Source: a virus
Lineage: Duplodnaviria > Caudoviricetes
Virus record (IMG/VR): IMGVR_UViG_3300025372_000004
Coordinates: 1 to 44,801 of that record
Direction: 5' to 3' (one strand)
Length of the DNA stretch: 44,801 bases
The position numbers and the translations under genes are program-made. Positions within the stretch are counted from its first letter, which is position 1, and every line of letters begins with the position of its first letter. Below the pieces are notes generated by a model that had not been told where the DNA came from, did not search any database, and saw only the letters and a list, made by a program, of their open reading frames with translations. Of the stretch, positions 27,867 through 36,634 are shown one piece after another.

Positions 27867-28234
27867 TACATTCTCCTTTTTTTATATTCTGCATGAGCAT
27901 GAGAAACATTATCTTCGTATGTCATACATTCAAGATTTAAAACATCATTATTTCTTTTGTTTAAATCCTTATGATTGACAACTTCTAAATTGTGAGGATT
28001 TGGTATAAACTTTTCAGCTACAAGCCTGTGAACCTTCTTTTTATATTGCTATCCGTCAATATCAGAAGTAAGCGATACGGTTAGATAACCATTTGAATCT
28101 TTCCCGTTAAGTATTTTTTGTGATATCATAGAATAAAACCTGCCATCAGATGATATGAAATAATTTGAGAAACCCTTAATTAATCTAAAATCTCCCGAAT
28201 CAAGCGGGTGTTTATCTAACAAATTTCCTGCCAT
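27866..28234 (-). pseudogene. NUMOD4-HNH homing endonuclease interrupted by TAG
   Basis: IKGFSNYFISSDGR...NGYLTVSL..DG*QYKKKVHRLVAEKFIPNP...VNHKD.NKRNN.V.NLE; final stop overlaps the initiator ATG. Confidence 0.85.
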
Positions 28235-28359
28235 CTTTCCTTAACTTTTTCTTGTGATTAATTAAAATAACTTTTGCTGTGAAATATAAGGCTCTATATT
28301 ACTTTCGGTCATTTTATCTCTTTAACTTTTATTAAAAAATAATTAATTTCAAAATTGAT

Positions 28360-28674
28360 TTATCCTAACAAACTCAACTGAACAACATGCGAACAATCGG
28401 AGTAGTCAAGTTTTTGAGTAAGCGCGTAACGGTTAGCACTCATGCCAGTTCTTGAAGTCCCTTTGCGATCAACAACATAGATAACCCCGTTAGCTACCAT
28501 TTCGCCAGTCCTACGGGAAACAGCCCAATAATCAATCTGTGCTAAAGATGCTATCTCCATCGCGCATAAAGGTCGGTTTTCGCTGCGAAGTTTAGCTTCT
28601 ATAATATCATAGTGCTTTTGCTTCATTCCGCGTTCTTTGACGGTCTTGTGGGCCGCGTTAGACGTTGCTTGCAT
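28360..28674 (-). CDS. Winged-HTH-like hypothetical protein
   Basis: TS..AH, EIA.......VSRR.GEM...G.I pattern. Confidence 0.65.
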   Translation of the reverse strand: MQATSNAAHKTVKERGMKQKHYDIIEAKLRSENRPLCAMEIASLAQIDYWAVSRRTGEMVANGVIYVVDRKGTSRTGMSANRYALTQKLDYSDCSHVVQLSLLG

Positions 28675-28678
28675 TGTC

Positions 28679-29083
28679 TTAATGTTGTGAGAGTGAATTG
28701 TATAAATGTTTAATCTTGCTAATGGATAAAATCATATTTATTCGGCTTAGATAGTTGCGATAATCTTCGCTTGTATCTAATAGATCTTGCGTTGTATTTG
28801 CAGCGTGTAGGATGGTAGTGTGGTCATAACCCCCAAACAAATCACCTAAAAACTTTAATGTGTGCATAGGTAACTTTTTACGAATTATATAGATAGCCAT
28901 TTGGCGAGGTACTACAATATGGCGTTCCCTTGTTCTGATTTTAAGCATATATGGTTCTATATTAAAAACCTCACAAATGGCATTTATGATACTTTCTAAT
29001 GTTATTTCGTTGTTTTGGACTTCCCCTATAACTACGCCCGGATAAACATAAGGGCTGCATTTTGGTATTGTTTGTGTGTTCAT
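28679..29083 (-). CDS. DnaA C-terminal-like HTH protein
   Basis: TRERHIVVPRQMAIY...LG.LFGGYDHTTILHA. Confidence 0.9.
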   Translation of the reverse strand: MNTQTIPKCSPYVYPGVVIGEVQNNEITLESIINAICEVFNIEPYMLKIRTRERHIVVPRQMAIYIIRKKLPMHTLKFLGDLFGGYDHTTILHAANTTQDLLDTSEDYRNYLSRINMILSISKIKHLYNSLSQH

Positions 29084-29150
29084 TATTCAGGTTTTTAAAA
29101 TAAGGTCGGATAAGACTAAACGACCATGTATAAATCTATGCGAACAGCCT

Positions 29151-29438
29151 TTAGAATGGTAATGATGTATCGTCTCCTTTCGTTGCATCATAATACGCTG
29201 GGCGTGTTTGGTTCTTATTCTCGAAAACAAACTCTTTACCACCACCGATATAGACTTTCTTGTCCTTGCGTTCCCGTTCTTCTTTTGACTGGCTTATGGC
29301 TACGCTATGAGTGTTGCCGTAGTTATCAGGCTCTTTGCGAGCATCTACTACCAAATTGCAGTAAACTTTGCCGTTCTTGTCTGACTTTTTTCTTGCGCTT
29401 TCGGGTATGTCGCTTAGACAAATTGAAATGTTTATCAT
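29151..29438 (-). CDS. Single-stranded DNA-binding protein (phage type)
   Basis: KNGKVY.NL...D.YGNTH...YIG.GK; acidic DDTSLPF tail; next to recombination genes. Confidence 0.7.
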   Translation of the reverse strand: MINISICLSDIPESARKKSDKNGKVYCNLVVDARKEPDNYGNTHSVAISQSKEERERKDKKVYIGGGKEFVFENKNQTRPAYYDATKGDDTSLPF

Positions 29439-29448
29439 TGTTTCTGTT

Positions 29449-30123
29449 TTAAGATAAAAGTTGAATGTTTGATTGAATGATTTGAAGGGCTGCGGCTAAT
29501 CTCATTTCTATATCGGCTTGCATTTCTTCATCTGCATTAATGGTAAATGTTACAAGCCTGTGTTTGTGTTCAACGGTGCGTGGGTCGTAGCTAATAAAAT
29601 ATCCTTTATTGCAACCCGTAGCCATCATATTAAGCTGCATTTGTGCGTAATAGTCGGGGTGTTCATCTTTAAACCATGCCTGTATATCTGGCTGGCTCAT
29701 GGCGGCAATCAAATAAGAAACATGATTAGAACTATTATAAGGGCATTTTACCTCTACAATGGCTTTTAATTCGCTTATTAAGCCATCAGGACTACCACCC
29801 GAAATATCACCATAAGGGAAAAACTTAGGATTACTTATGCCGTAATAGTCAACCTGTATGCTTGTGCGTTGCTGAAAGTCAAGTATTGCATCTAGTTCAT
29901 TAGCTTGCCCCCACTCGGTAGCTTTAAAATCTCTTTGCTCTGCCGCTTCGCCTGTAATCATTTCGGCAATAACCTCATTTATAAAAGTCATAGCACCATC
30001 ACCAAACAACTGCTCTTTCTTGCGGCCACTTTTTAAAAGTCTGTGTATTTCAGAAGCGGTGAATTTACCCAGCCTTTCGGTCTGCCATGCGTTTTCTTGC
30101 GCGAACATTGTATCTCTTTCCAT
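29449..30123 (-). CDS. YqaJ/lambda-exonuclease family protein
   Basis: W..ERLGKFTASE, WG..NE, GGSPDGL, EVKCP, YYAQMQ. Confidence 0.92.
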   Translation of the reverse strand: MERDTMFAQENAWQTERLGKFTASEIHRLLKSGRKKEQLFGDGAMTFINEVIAEMITGEAAEQRDFKATEWGQANELDAILDFQQRTSIQVDYYGISNPKFFPYGDISGGSPDGLISELKAIVEVKCPYNSSNHVSYLIAAMSQPDIQAWFKDEHPDYYAQMQLNMMATGCNKGYFISYDPRTVEHKHRLVTFTINADEEMQADIEMRLAAALQIIQSNIQLLS

Positions 30124-30815
30124 TAGGCTGCATTGTTTTTAGTAATGTTAAAACGTAGTTTGTATGAGTTAAAAATCTTTCTTAGTTCGGGGTTATCATG
30201 TAATACATCATAGTTATTCCAAACTTTTAAAAGGTCATCACTTGTTTTACATTCTTGCAATTCCCTGTCAAGATTTTCGCGTATATCAGCAATCTCCATT
30301 TTGTTAGAATAAACAGTTTCGTATTCATCCTCAAACTTTCTATTGAGGTCGCGCCCAAACTTCTTGCCTAACCTTTTGCATGCAGCCTTAAAACACATTG
30401 TTTCCAGCTTCGGGAAGTCCATCATAAGCCCGTTTTTAATCTTCGCGCCTATGTCTGTTAATTGGCTATCTTTGGTTTGACGTATCATAACGGCTGCACT
30501 ACCTGAACGGGTAATCCATATCCTTGCAGTAGGGTCGAAAACGGATAAATCCAACGTTCCTACTATCTCATTTGCAATTACCTGATGGCGGAAATTGCTG
30601 GTTTGCCATAAACCTAAATAGGTTTCATCTAATAAGGTTTCTAAAAAAGAAACTGGTATTGTTTCTTGTCCGTTGGTCTTTTCGGTTCTATCGGGCTTTT
30701 GATTGAGTTCTGTTAAAAAGTCCTCGCGGTTCTTTATAAAGTCGGGAGCAACAAACATATTGCTTAGTTCTTTGCCTTGATTGCTGGTTTGAAGTGCGGT
30801 ATTTTCGGTATTCAT
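30123..30815 (-). CDS. Single-strand annealing protein (Sak/Rad52-like)
   Basis: LDE...G.W, CFKAACKRLGKKFGRDLNRK; coupled to the exonuclease. Confidence 0.75.
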   Translation of the reverse strand: MNTENTALQTSNQGKELSNMFVAPDFIKNREDFLTELNQKPDRTEKTNGQETIPVSFLETLLDETYLGLWQTSNFRHQVIANEIVGTLDLSVFDPTARIWITRSGSAAVMIRQTKDSQLTDIGAKIKNGLMMDFPKLETMCFKAACKRLGKKFGRDLNRKFEDEYETVYSNKMEIADIRENLDRELQECKTSDDLLKVWNNYDVLHDNPELRKIFNSYKLRFNITKNNAA

Positions 30816-30922
30816 AAAAGAGATTTTATAAATGTTAGTATTTTGAATTTTCGTTTGTTCTTAGCTTTGACTTGCAGCATAACAGTTAAAAAGTGGTCAT
30901 GCTTTATATCTCTTTTAGTCAT
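30812..30922 (-). CDS. Small basic hypothetical protein (36 aa)
   Basis: MTKRDIKHDHFLTVMLQ...; ATGA overlaps at both ends. Confidence 0.45.
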   Translation of the reverse strand: MTKRDIKHDHFLTVMLQVKAKNKRKFKILTFIKSLL

Positions 30923-31209
30923 GCTTTATGCTTTGGTGAGAAATTGGGATATTTCAGATAGAACTTTTTAAGGAATAGGCAGTTTGCCATCTCATTGTAA
31001 TAGATATTTGTTTTGAGTATTGACCTATCCAGTATCGCTTCTAGTTCGTTTATCTGTGCTTCGTCCTTGCAGATATCAATTAACCAAAGAATGAAATCTC
31101 TATCAAGTGAGCATGAACAAGTAATGTATCTTATTGTAGGCTCTTGATACAATGGGTCTTTGCTCATTGCTTTGCCTACTGCCATCATAAATTTTTGTAG
31201 AAGGTTCAT
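30919..31209 (-). CDS. Hypothetical protein
   Basis: ORF in operon. Confidence 0.55.
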   Translation of the reverse strand: MNLLQKFMMAVGKAMSKDPLYQEPTIRYITCSCSLDRDFILWLIDICKDEAQINELEAILDRSILKTNIYYNEMANCLFLKKFYLKYPNFSPKHKA

Positions 31210-31211
31210 AA

Positions 31212-31610
31212 CTAAGCGGTTTTCTTTTGGTCTTGTGAGGTAATATTTTTTACGTAGTTGTCGGTTATTGATGCTATTGTCTCAAAAAGACTATCAACAA
31301 TAAAATGTGGATCTAATTCAAAATTCTCTTTGCTGCGTATTACAGCCCCTTCACTATGAAATAAACCCTCTGCCTTAGTTTCGGCTTCTTCTTGGATATT
31401 GCCGAACTCAAAGGCTGTCCAAATAGGTGTTATGTCCATTCCTTTGTAAATAACCTTTGTAACTTCTGTTGATATGTCTGAAAGGTCATTATCGTAGCAC
31501 TCCGCTTGTGCTTCAATGGTTAGTGTTCCTAAAACTGGCTTGCCATTTACCCATTTGTTAACAATTTCAGTTTGGAACTCAAAATTTATTGTCTTAGTTT
31601 TGCTGCTCAT
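31212..31610 (-). CDS. Hypothetical protein
   Basis: ORF; start likely MSSK at 31610. Confidence 0.6.
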   Translation of the reverse strand: MSSKTKTINFEFQTEIVNKWVNGKPVLGTLTIEAQAECYDNDLSDISTEVTKVIYKGMDITPIWTAFEFGNIQEEAETKAEGLFHSEGAVIRSKENFELDPHFIVDSLFETIASITDNYVKNITSQDQKKTA

Positions 31611-31655
31611 AACGTTTTGATTTATTGCTCCATGTTTGCGCATGGGGCTTTTTGT

Positions 31656-31928
31656 TTATAAATAAATGATGTTGTAGATAATAACCACTATAATCGCAAC
31701 AAGACAAATTATTATCCCTTTCATGTTCTGCTTGATGTTATTTGATGCGAGTAGTGTCATGTGGCCATCGTTCCTGATCGTCACGGCTTCGTTGAATAGT
31801 ATCTCATGGTTACCCTTTTCAAATACCAGGAAGCGTTCAGCCTGCATGGTGACTTTAAAGCCACACATCAACAAGGCTTCATAGATATTATAACTTCCTG
31901 CCGGGAGAGGAGCTGTGTAGTCTACCAT
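31656..31928 (-). CDS. Hypothetical protein with C-terminal hydrophobic segment
   Basis: ORF; IIICLVAIIVVIIYNIIYL. Confidence 0.5.
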   Translation of the reverse strand: MVDYTAPLPAGSYNIYEALLMCGFKVTMQAERFLVFEKGNHEILFNEAVTIRNDGHMTLLASNNIKQNMKGIIICLVAIIVVIIYNIIYL

Positions 31929-31930
31929 AA

Positions 31931-32368
31931 CTATTTATTGAAAATGAGTGAACGAAGAAGAGATATATCGTTGTTATTGGCCTCAGTCAGTTGAATATTG
32001 CGCTGTACGTTAATGAATAGGTCTTGCAGATCAGCATTCCATACCAGTATTCTCTTTTCGCGCTTGTTGATACAGTCTTGCAAAAGAGTTTTGATGCTAT
32101 CATCTGTTTGTTCGCTATACCATGAACCGAACACAAAAGATTCGTCCTTTACTATTTCAGGTCTTGAGTATATATACCGTACTAATTCAGCTACGTTGAC
32201 AGAGATAACCAAATGGGAAGGTTCAAGATCATGCGGAACATTAGGGGTGAAGCAACTGCAAACGATGCGCCCTGTTTTAAGTTCCATGAAGTCCATTACT
32301 TCAATCTTGCAGATGTTGTAAAAGGAAAGAACTTTGTCTTTTGGAGTGGAATTGCTTATTTTTGTCAT
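31931..32368 (-). CDS. Hypothetical protein
   Basis: 145-aa ORF in operon. Confidence 0.6.
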   Translation of the reverse strand: MTKISNSTPKDKVLSFYNICKIEVMDFMELKTGRIVCSCFTPNVPHDLEPSHLVISVNVAELVRYIYSRPEIVKDESFVFGSWYSEQTDDSIKTLLQDCINKREKRILVWNADLQDLFINVQRNIQLTEANNNDISLLRSLIFNK

Positions 32369-32430
32369 ACTGATTTATTTATTGTTTAAGAAATTGCCTC
32401 TGCTACCAACAGGAACTTTTTTATTTGTTA

Positions 32431-32652
32431 TTAAGATTCAAATAATTCACAGTCATAAGCTTTTTTGGCTAACCATTTTTCGGCTACTATAGCAGCCTTT
32501 TTAACGGCTCCTTCATATTGGCTCGATTTTGATTTTCCGCTTAGTACTTCTATTTGAGCTTTGGTAGTTGCCTTTTCTATCTCACTAATCATTTCCTGAT
32601 GACATTCTTTAAGCACGGAAACCATTCTTTGTATTTCTGATTTTGTTCTCAT
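32431..32652 (-). CDS. Hypothetical protein
   Basis: ORF in operon. Confidence 0.6.
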   Translation of the reverse strand: MRTKSEIQRMVSVLKECHQEMISEIEKATTKAQIEVLSGKSKSSQYEGAVKKAAIVAEKWLAKKAYDCELFES

Positions 32653-32658
32653 GCTTTT

Positions 32659-32838
32659 TTATTTGTTATACTTATGAAAGTTGATTGCCATTCTCATCTG
32701 GCGGTCTATCTTCTTGTTTTGACGAGTGCGGGGAGCTACTTTCTCCTCTTTACTATCCTGCTCATACTCCCCGATCACTTCGTCAAAGGCTTTCCTCAAA
32801 GCCAGTATCTTTTTTTGAACCCTTTTATTTGCTTCCAT
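32659..32838 (-). CDS. Small basic helical protein (59 aa)
   Basis: Hand translation MEANKRVQKKILALRKAFDEVIGEYEQDSK...HKYNK*. Confidence 0.6.
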   Translation of the reverse strand: MEANKRVQKKILALRKAFDEVIGEYEQDSKEEKVAPRTRQNKKIDRQMRMAINFHKYNK

Positions 32839-32895
32839 TTTATATAGTTGCAGTTATTAATATTTTGGTTAATAGCTTGTAAACATGTATGGTTT

Positions 32896-33150
32896 TTATG
32901 CGTTATGTGCTTCGGGTGCTAATACATTTGTAGCATCACCAGTAAAAACCTTCTTTTTTAAGATGACATACGTTTTACCAGAACAAGACCCATTTTCGTT
33001 TGCTCTACCAAGTGTAATACGATCAATTCCTAAAATTTCAGATGCCTCTGTCATGGTTGGGAACTTACCCAGACTATTGCTTAGCAAAGCCCTCTCATCA
33101 TCTGTCAGCTTTATGCTCTTACGTTTCTTGATTTTATTAGCGGTTGTCAT
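32896..33150 (-). CDS. Cro-like HTH protein
   Basis: TMTEASEILGIDRITLGR; divergent from the repressor. Confidence 0.75.
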   Translation of the reverse strand: MTTANKIKKRKSIKLTDDERALLSNSLGKFPTMTEASEILGIDRITLGRANENGSCSGKTYVILKKKVFTGDATNVLAPEAHNA

Positions 33151-33190
33151 GTTTCAATTTTTTTACTTATTTTGCTGTTCAGTAAACGTT

Positions 33191-33256
33191 AATTGTTCGT
33201 TCACAACAAAGGTACGGACAAATTTCTCTAACATGCAAATATTTACGGACATTTTT
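33191..33256. promoter_or_regulatory. Lysis/lysogeny switch: leftward promoter and candidate operators
   Basis: Minus strand TTTG (33239-36), 21-nt spacer, TACCTTTG (33214-07); TACGGACA at 33213 and 33244; related inverted TGTTCGT near 33194. Confidence 0.65.
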
Positions 33257-33275
33257 ATAAATATTCTTTTTTATT

Positions 33276-34211
33276 ATGGCTAAGGCAAGTATAATAAAGG
33301 ACTTGGTAGATGCTTTAGGCATAGCAGTCTATATGTTTGAAAAGGAAATAGGCGTAGGTAATACGACTATTGGTAAGGCAATCGAAAGGAATGCTAATAT
33401 TAGTCCAGCAATTATTGAGAAAATTGTCCTTAAATATCCGAATGTCAATAAAATGTGGCTTTATAGTGGAGAAGGCTCCATGTTTACCGACACTCTCACA
33501 GAACCCAACCCAACCCATGAAGGGCGGATACTCACCCTATGGATAAAGGGCAAAGGATATAAAGTAGAAGACATTGCAAAGAAGCTGGGCTATGCAGATC
33601 GTGCCGCCCTCAACTACCACCTGCAAAAGGAAAAGCTGCAACCCAATTTCATGGCCCTGTTTAAAGACAGGATAGGCATAGACCCCAAAGACATTATAGA
33701 AGCCGCTAACACCCAACCCAAACTATCAACCAAAAAAGAAATCATTCCCTTAGGCAAGCAAGTACCATTACGCCTAACCGCAGATCAGTACAGCGAAGCC
33801 TTTGGAGACTGGCAAGGACTGCCTATGTACAATACACCTATTACGGCCTCATTCGTGGCTACCTACCGAGATGAGCACACCTACACCCCTCAGTACTATT
33901 TGCACGACCCACGTTTCAGGGATTGCGACTTTGGCGCTATTATTACCGGAGACAGCATGCACTCGGAGATCAGGCATGGAGACTTCGTAGTATGCAAGCA
34001 GATAATTGATAAAAGCTTCGTGGTCTATGGAGATATTTATTACATCGTATCAAAGAATGGCTTAGAAACCTGTAAGTACATTAATGCAGACAAGACCAAC
34101 CCGGACAATTGGCTCCTGGTTCCAAGAAATGAAGCTATCAGCCCCTCCCCCATTCACCGGGAGATGGTTGACAAACTATATAAAGTAAAAGGAATTGTAA
34201 GAGGATATTAA
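33276..34211 (+). CDS. CI-like repressor (two HTH domains plus S24 peptidase)
   Basis: HTH ending WLYSGEGSM; second HTH VEDIAKKLGY; GDSM...GD...CK S24 motifs. Confidence 0.88.
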   Translation: MAKASIIKDLVDALGIAVYMFEKEIGVGNTTIGKAIERNANISPAIIEKIVLKYPNVNKMWLYSGEGSMFTDTLTEPNPTHEGRILTLWIKGKGYKVEDIAKKLGYADRAALNYHLQKEKLQPNFMALFKDRIGIDPKDIIEAANTQPKLSTKKEIIPLGKQVPLRLTADQYSEAFGDWQGLPMYNTPITASFVATYRDEHTYTPQYYLHDPRFRDCDFGAIITGDSMHSEIRHGDFVVCKQIIDKSFVVYGDIYYIVSKNGLETCKYINADKTNPDNWLLVPRNEAISPSPIHREMVDKLYKVKGIVRGY

Positions 34212-34220
34212 AATAGAAAT

Positions 34221-34736
34221 ATGAAATATTGGCTGTTTATACTAATGCTCCCGCTAACAGTAAATGCCCAGCAAATCAACAAAAATGAGGTTGATGAATT
34301 TACAGGGGCGAAAATAACTGAAACCACATTTGAGTATTTAGTCCAGGACTTCAATGGCACCTTGGCTTATGAAGTCAAACGAATAGATTCAACACTTTAC
34401 TTGAAAATGGCTGTTACTATAGGAATGAATGAGATATTTTCAGTAGAACAAGGTGCGCAGTTCATGCTCAAACTTGCCAATAGATCTGTAGTTACATTGT
34501 ATAACACTAAATACCAAATTTCAGATCATGGTGGAGCATATATCGGAAGATTTGCCGGAGGAAATGCAGTTGGTGTAACCCTATCTTTTATACTCAGTGA
34601 AGAAAATTTTCAAAAACTACTGGCAAGCAATGTAGTGAAGACAAGATTATATACCACTGACGGATACCATGAAGAAACAATAAAAACTAAAAGGGCTGAA
34701 AAATTTAGACAGGCATTAGCACTATTAAAAAATTAG
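34221..34736 (+). CDS. Secreted protein downstream of the repressor
   Basis: Signal peptide MKYWLFILMLPLTVNA|Q; VDEFTG motif. Confidence 0.75.
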   Translation: MKYWLFILMLPLTVNAQQINKNEVDEFTGAKITETTFEYLVQDFNGTLAYEVKRIDSTLYLKMAVTIGMNEIFSVEQGAQFMLKLANRSVVTLYNTKYQISDHGGAYIGRFAGGNAVGVTLSFILSEENFQKLLASNVVKTRLYTTDGYHEETIKTKRAEKFRQALALLKN

Positions 34737-34786
34737 AACAAAATAAACCTCACAAAAACGCTAAACATAGTAAAATAAGCTATCCG

Positions 34787-34992
34787 CTTCAAACAAAACT
34801 TCAAACAAACAAAATTCTCAAACATAGTTATTGCAATCGGTTGAATAAATAACACGTTGATAATCAGCAAAAAATAACTTCAAAAACGTACCGTTACCAT
34901 ATCCAGTCCCGGGCACCAGTTATTTGAAATGCTGTATTGACGAGGCTTTCCTCAAAGCCGGTTGTAAAACTCAAACAAAAGTTCAAACAACC
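34787..34992 (+). other. attP: tRNA 3'-end core (34901-34918) with flanking arm-type repeats
   Basis: AT-CCAGT-CCCGGGC-A-CCA = end of T-loop, T-stem, acceptor stem, discriminator A and CCA; TCAAACAA tandem pairs at 34787-34810 and 34969-34992. Confidence 0.8.
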
Positions 34993-34995
34993 GAT

Positions 34996-36228
34996 ATGCC
35001 AAATCAATCAGTAACATGGACGGAACCGGTGCTTTGTCATCATAATCATGATATGGCAAAGCCCTGGTTTGTCTATTTCACTTTCACCGACCACAAGACC
35101 GGAAAGACAGTCCGTGTCCAAAAGCGTAATGGTATAAATTACCTGAAACGTAAAGATGAGCGCTTAAAGGACGGGAACGCCCTTATTGCCTATCTCAAAG
35201 ACAAGCTTGAAAGCGGATGGAATCCCATAACCGATGAAACGGGTATGCCCACAGATGCACCCGAGACAATCAGGGATGCTATTCAACGGGTACTGGACCT
35301 GAAAGCCTCCAGTCTGAAAAAGAAGTCCAAACAAGGCTATGCTGATATTACCGGTATGTTCCTGAAATGGACTGAAAAATATGGGTACGATAAACTTCCC
35401 CTATACAAGTTCAGCAACAAGATTGCTCAGGCATACATGGATTATCTATTGTTGGAGCGTAAGTATGCAGGCAAGACCCATAACGGCCAGTTGGGCATAT
35501 TAAAAGCTTTTGGCAATGTCATAGTCAAAAGATGGAGAGAGATCCTCGCAGTTAACCCTTTCCTAGGTATTGATGAGATGCCGGAAAACGTAGGCCGGAA
35601 CGTAGCCTATACCGAAAAAGAAGCCCGGGCATTGATGCTATGGTTAAAACAAATCGATATCAGAACTTATTATGCTGCCAATATTATGTTCCATTGTTAT
35701 ATCCGCAAAACAGAACTATGCGAGCTGCGGGTACGTGATTTTAACTGGCAGGAACGGACCATCATTATTAATTCTGATTCTGCAAAGAACCGGAAACAGG
35801 AAAGCGTGACAATACCTGAAGCATTGCTACCAATCCTTGAAGAAATGAACCTGCGGGATTACCCTGGTGATTATTTCGTGTTTGGTCATTTGATGGAAAC
35901 AAGCGCAAAACACATTAGCAAGGCAGACATACTAAGCGACCGGCATAAAAGGGCTGTTGACCGGATAAAGAATAAACACAAAAAATCCCTTGCTTTCTTT
36001 TTTGAGAATGAGGATACTTTCAATACCATAGCTGCAATATCCCCCGATAAGACATTTTACTCATGGAAACATACCGGAGTAGTGATGTACTGGCATGTGG
36101 TAAAGGATGTGTACTATATCATGCGCCAGCTTAGGCACTACGATATGCAAACCACCATGATCTACCTGAAATCGTTAGGATTGCTGCCCAATGATGCTTT
36201 TAGAAATGCGAATGTGCAACTGTTGTAA
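34996..36228 (+). CDS. int: Tyrosine integrase
   Basis: CYIRKTELCELRV (R), SAKN (K), FYSWKHTG, QLRH, TTMIYL (Y); start likely ATG 34996. Confidence 0.93.
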   Translation: MPNQSVTWTEPVLCHHNHDMAKPWFVYFTFTDHKTGKTVRVQKRNGINYLKRKDERLKDGNALIAYLKDKLESGWNPITDETGMPTDAPETIRDAIQRVLDLKASSLKKKSKQGYADITGMFLKWTEKYGYDKLPLYKFSNKIAQAYMDYLLLERKYAGKTHNGQLGILKAFGNVIVKRWREILAVNPFLGIDEMPENVGRNVAYTEKEARALMLWLKQIDIRTYYAANIMFHCYIRKTELCELRVRDFNWQERTIIINSDSAKNRKQESVTIPEALLPILEEMNLRDYPGDYFVFGHLMETSAKHISKADILSDRHKRAVDRIKNKHKKSLAFFFENEDTFNTIAAISPDKTFYSWKHTGVVMYWHVVKDVYYIMRQLRHYDMQTTMIYLKSLGLLPNDAFRNANVQLL

Positions 36229-36233
36229 AAATA

Positions 36234-36264
36234 TTTGGCATTTAAGATAAACTTCATACATTTG
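36234..36264 (+). promoter_or_regulatory. Bacteroidota promoter downstream of int
   Basis: TTTG, 19-nt spacer, TACATTTG. Confidence 0.65.
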
Positions 36265-36481
36265 TATCAACAAGGCCACCGCACTTAATAGATTGGTAGT
36301 TTTGTTGCTATAATTTTCATTATGAGTAAATAGGCTCACAAAACCAACGCACAAAGCAAACCTATTCATCATAACGTTTACCCATTATAGAACAAAATGT
36401 TCAGTTTAAGATTGGCTCCCGCACGGGCTATGATTAGGCTTCGCTCTTTGAAACGTTGGGTTTAATGAATAACTAATATAG

Positions 36482-36537
36482 TAAAGCGTTTGCTAAACGT
36501 TCTATAAACGTTCGTTAAATGTTCGGTAAGTGTTTAT
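36482..36537. repeat. Five phased ~11-bp direct repeats
   Basis: TAAAGCGTTTGC/TAAACGTTCTA/TAAACGTTCGT/TAAATGTTCGG/TAAGTGTTTAT. Confidence 0.75.
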
Positions 36538-36564
36538 TGTAATAGCAAATGAGATAACAAATGT

Positions 36565-36595
36565 GTTGCAATTATGATAAACTGTTGTACATTTG
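36565..36595 (+). promoter_or_regulatory. Bacteroidota promoter
   Basis: GTTG, 19-nt spacer, TACATTTG. Confidence 0.6.
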
Positions 36596-36634
36596 TTCGA
36601 CACTATACAATCATTACAGTAGCATTATAATAGC

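Noticed and set aside
24301-28234. Stop-codon reassignment (genetic code 15 or 4) as the cause of the in-frame stops
   Set aside because: All three stop types occur; long genes are uninterrupted under code 11; TAG and TGA end genes tightly coupled to the next start; no suppressor tRNA is visible
465-32321. Most plus-strand ORFs in the track (e.g. 9750..10430, 15647..16123, 24295..24540, 29126..29452)
   Set aside because: Antisense shadows of well-supported minus-strand genes with no recognisable motifs; only 11183..11659 and 22173..22337 are accepted in this span
32680-32810. Stand-alone ncRNA (C4-like) after cro
   Set aside because: The region is fully covered by a credible 59-aa ORF (32659..32838); only the shared palindrome is kept as a finding
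34901-34918. Phage-encoded tRNA gene
   Set aside because: Only the 3' 18 nt are present, with no D arm or anticodon arm upstream; interpreted as the attP core
36482-36537. CRISPR or mini-array
   Set aside because: Units are 11-12 bp, adjacent and without spacers; no cas genes
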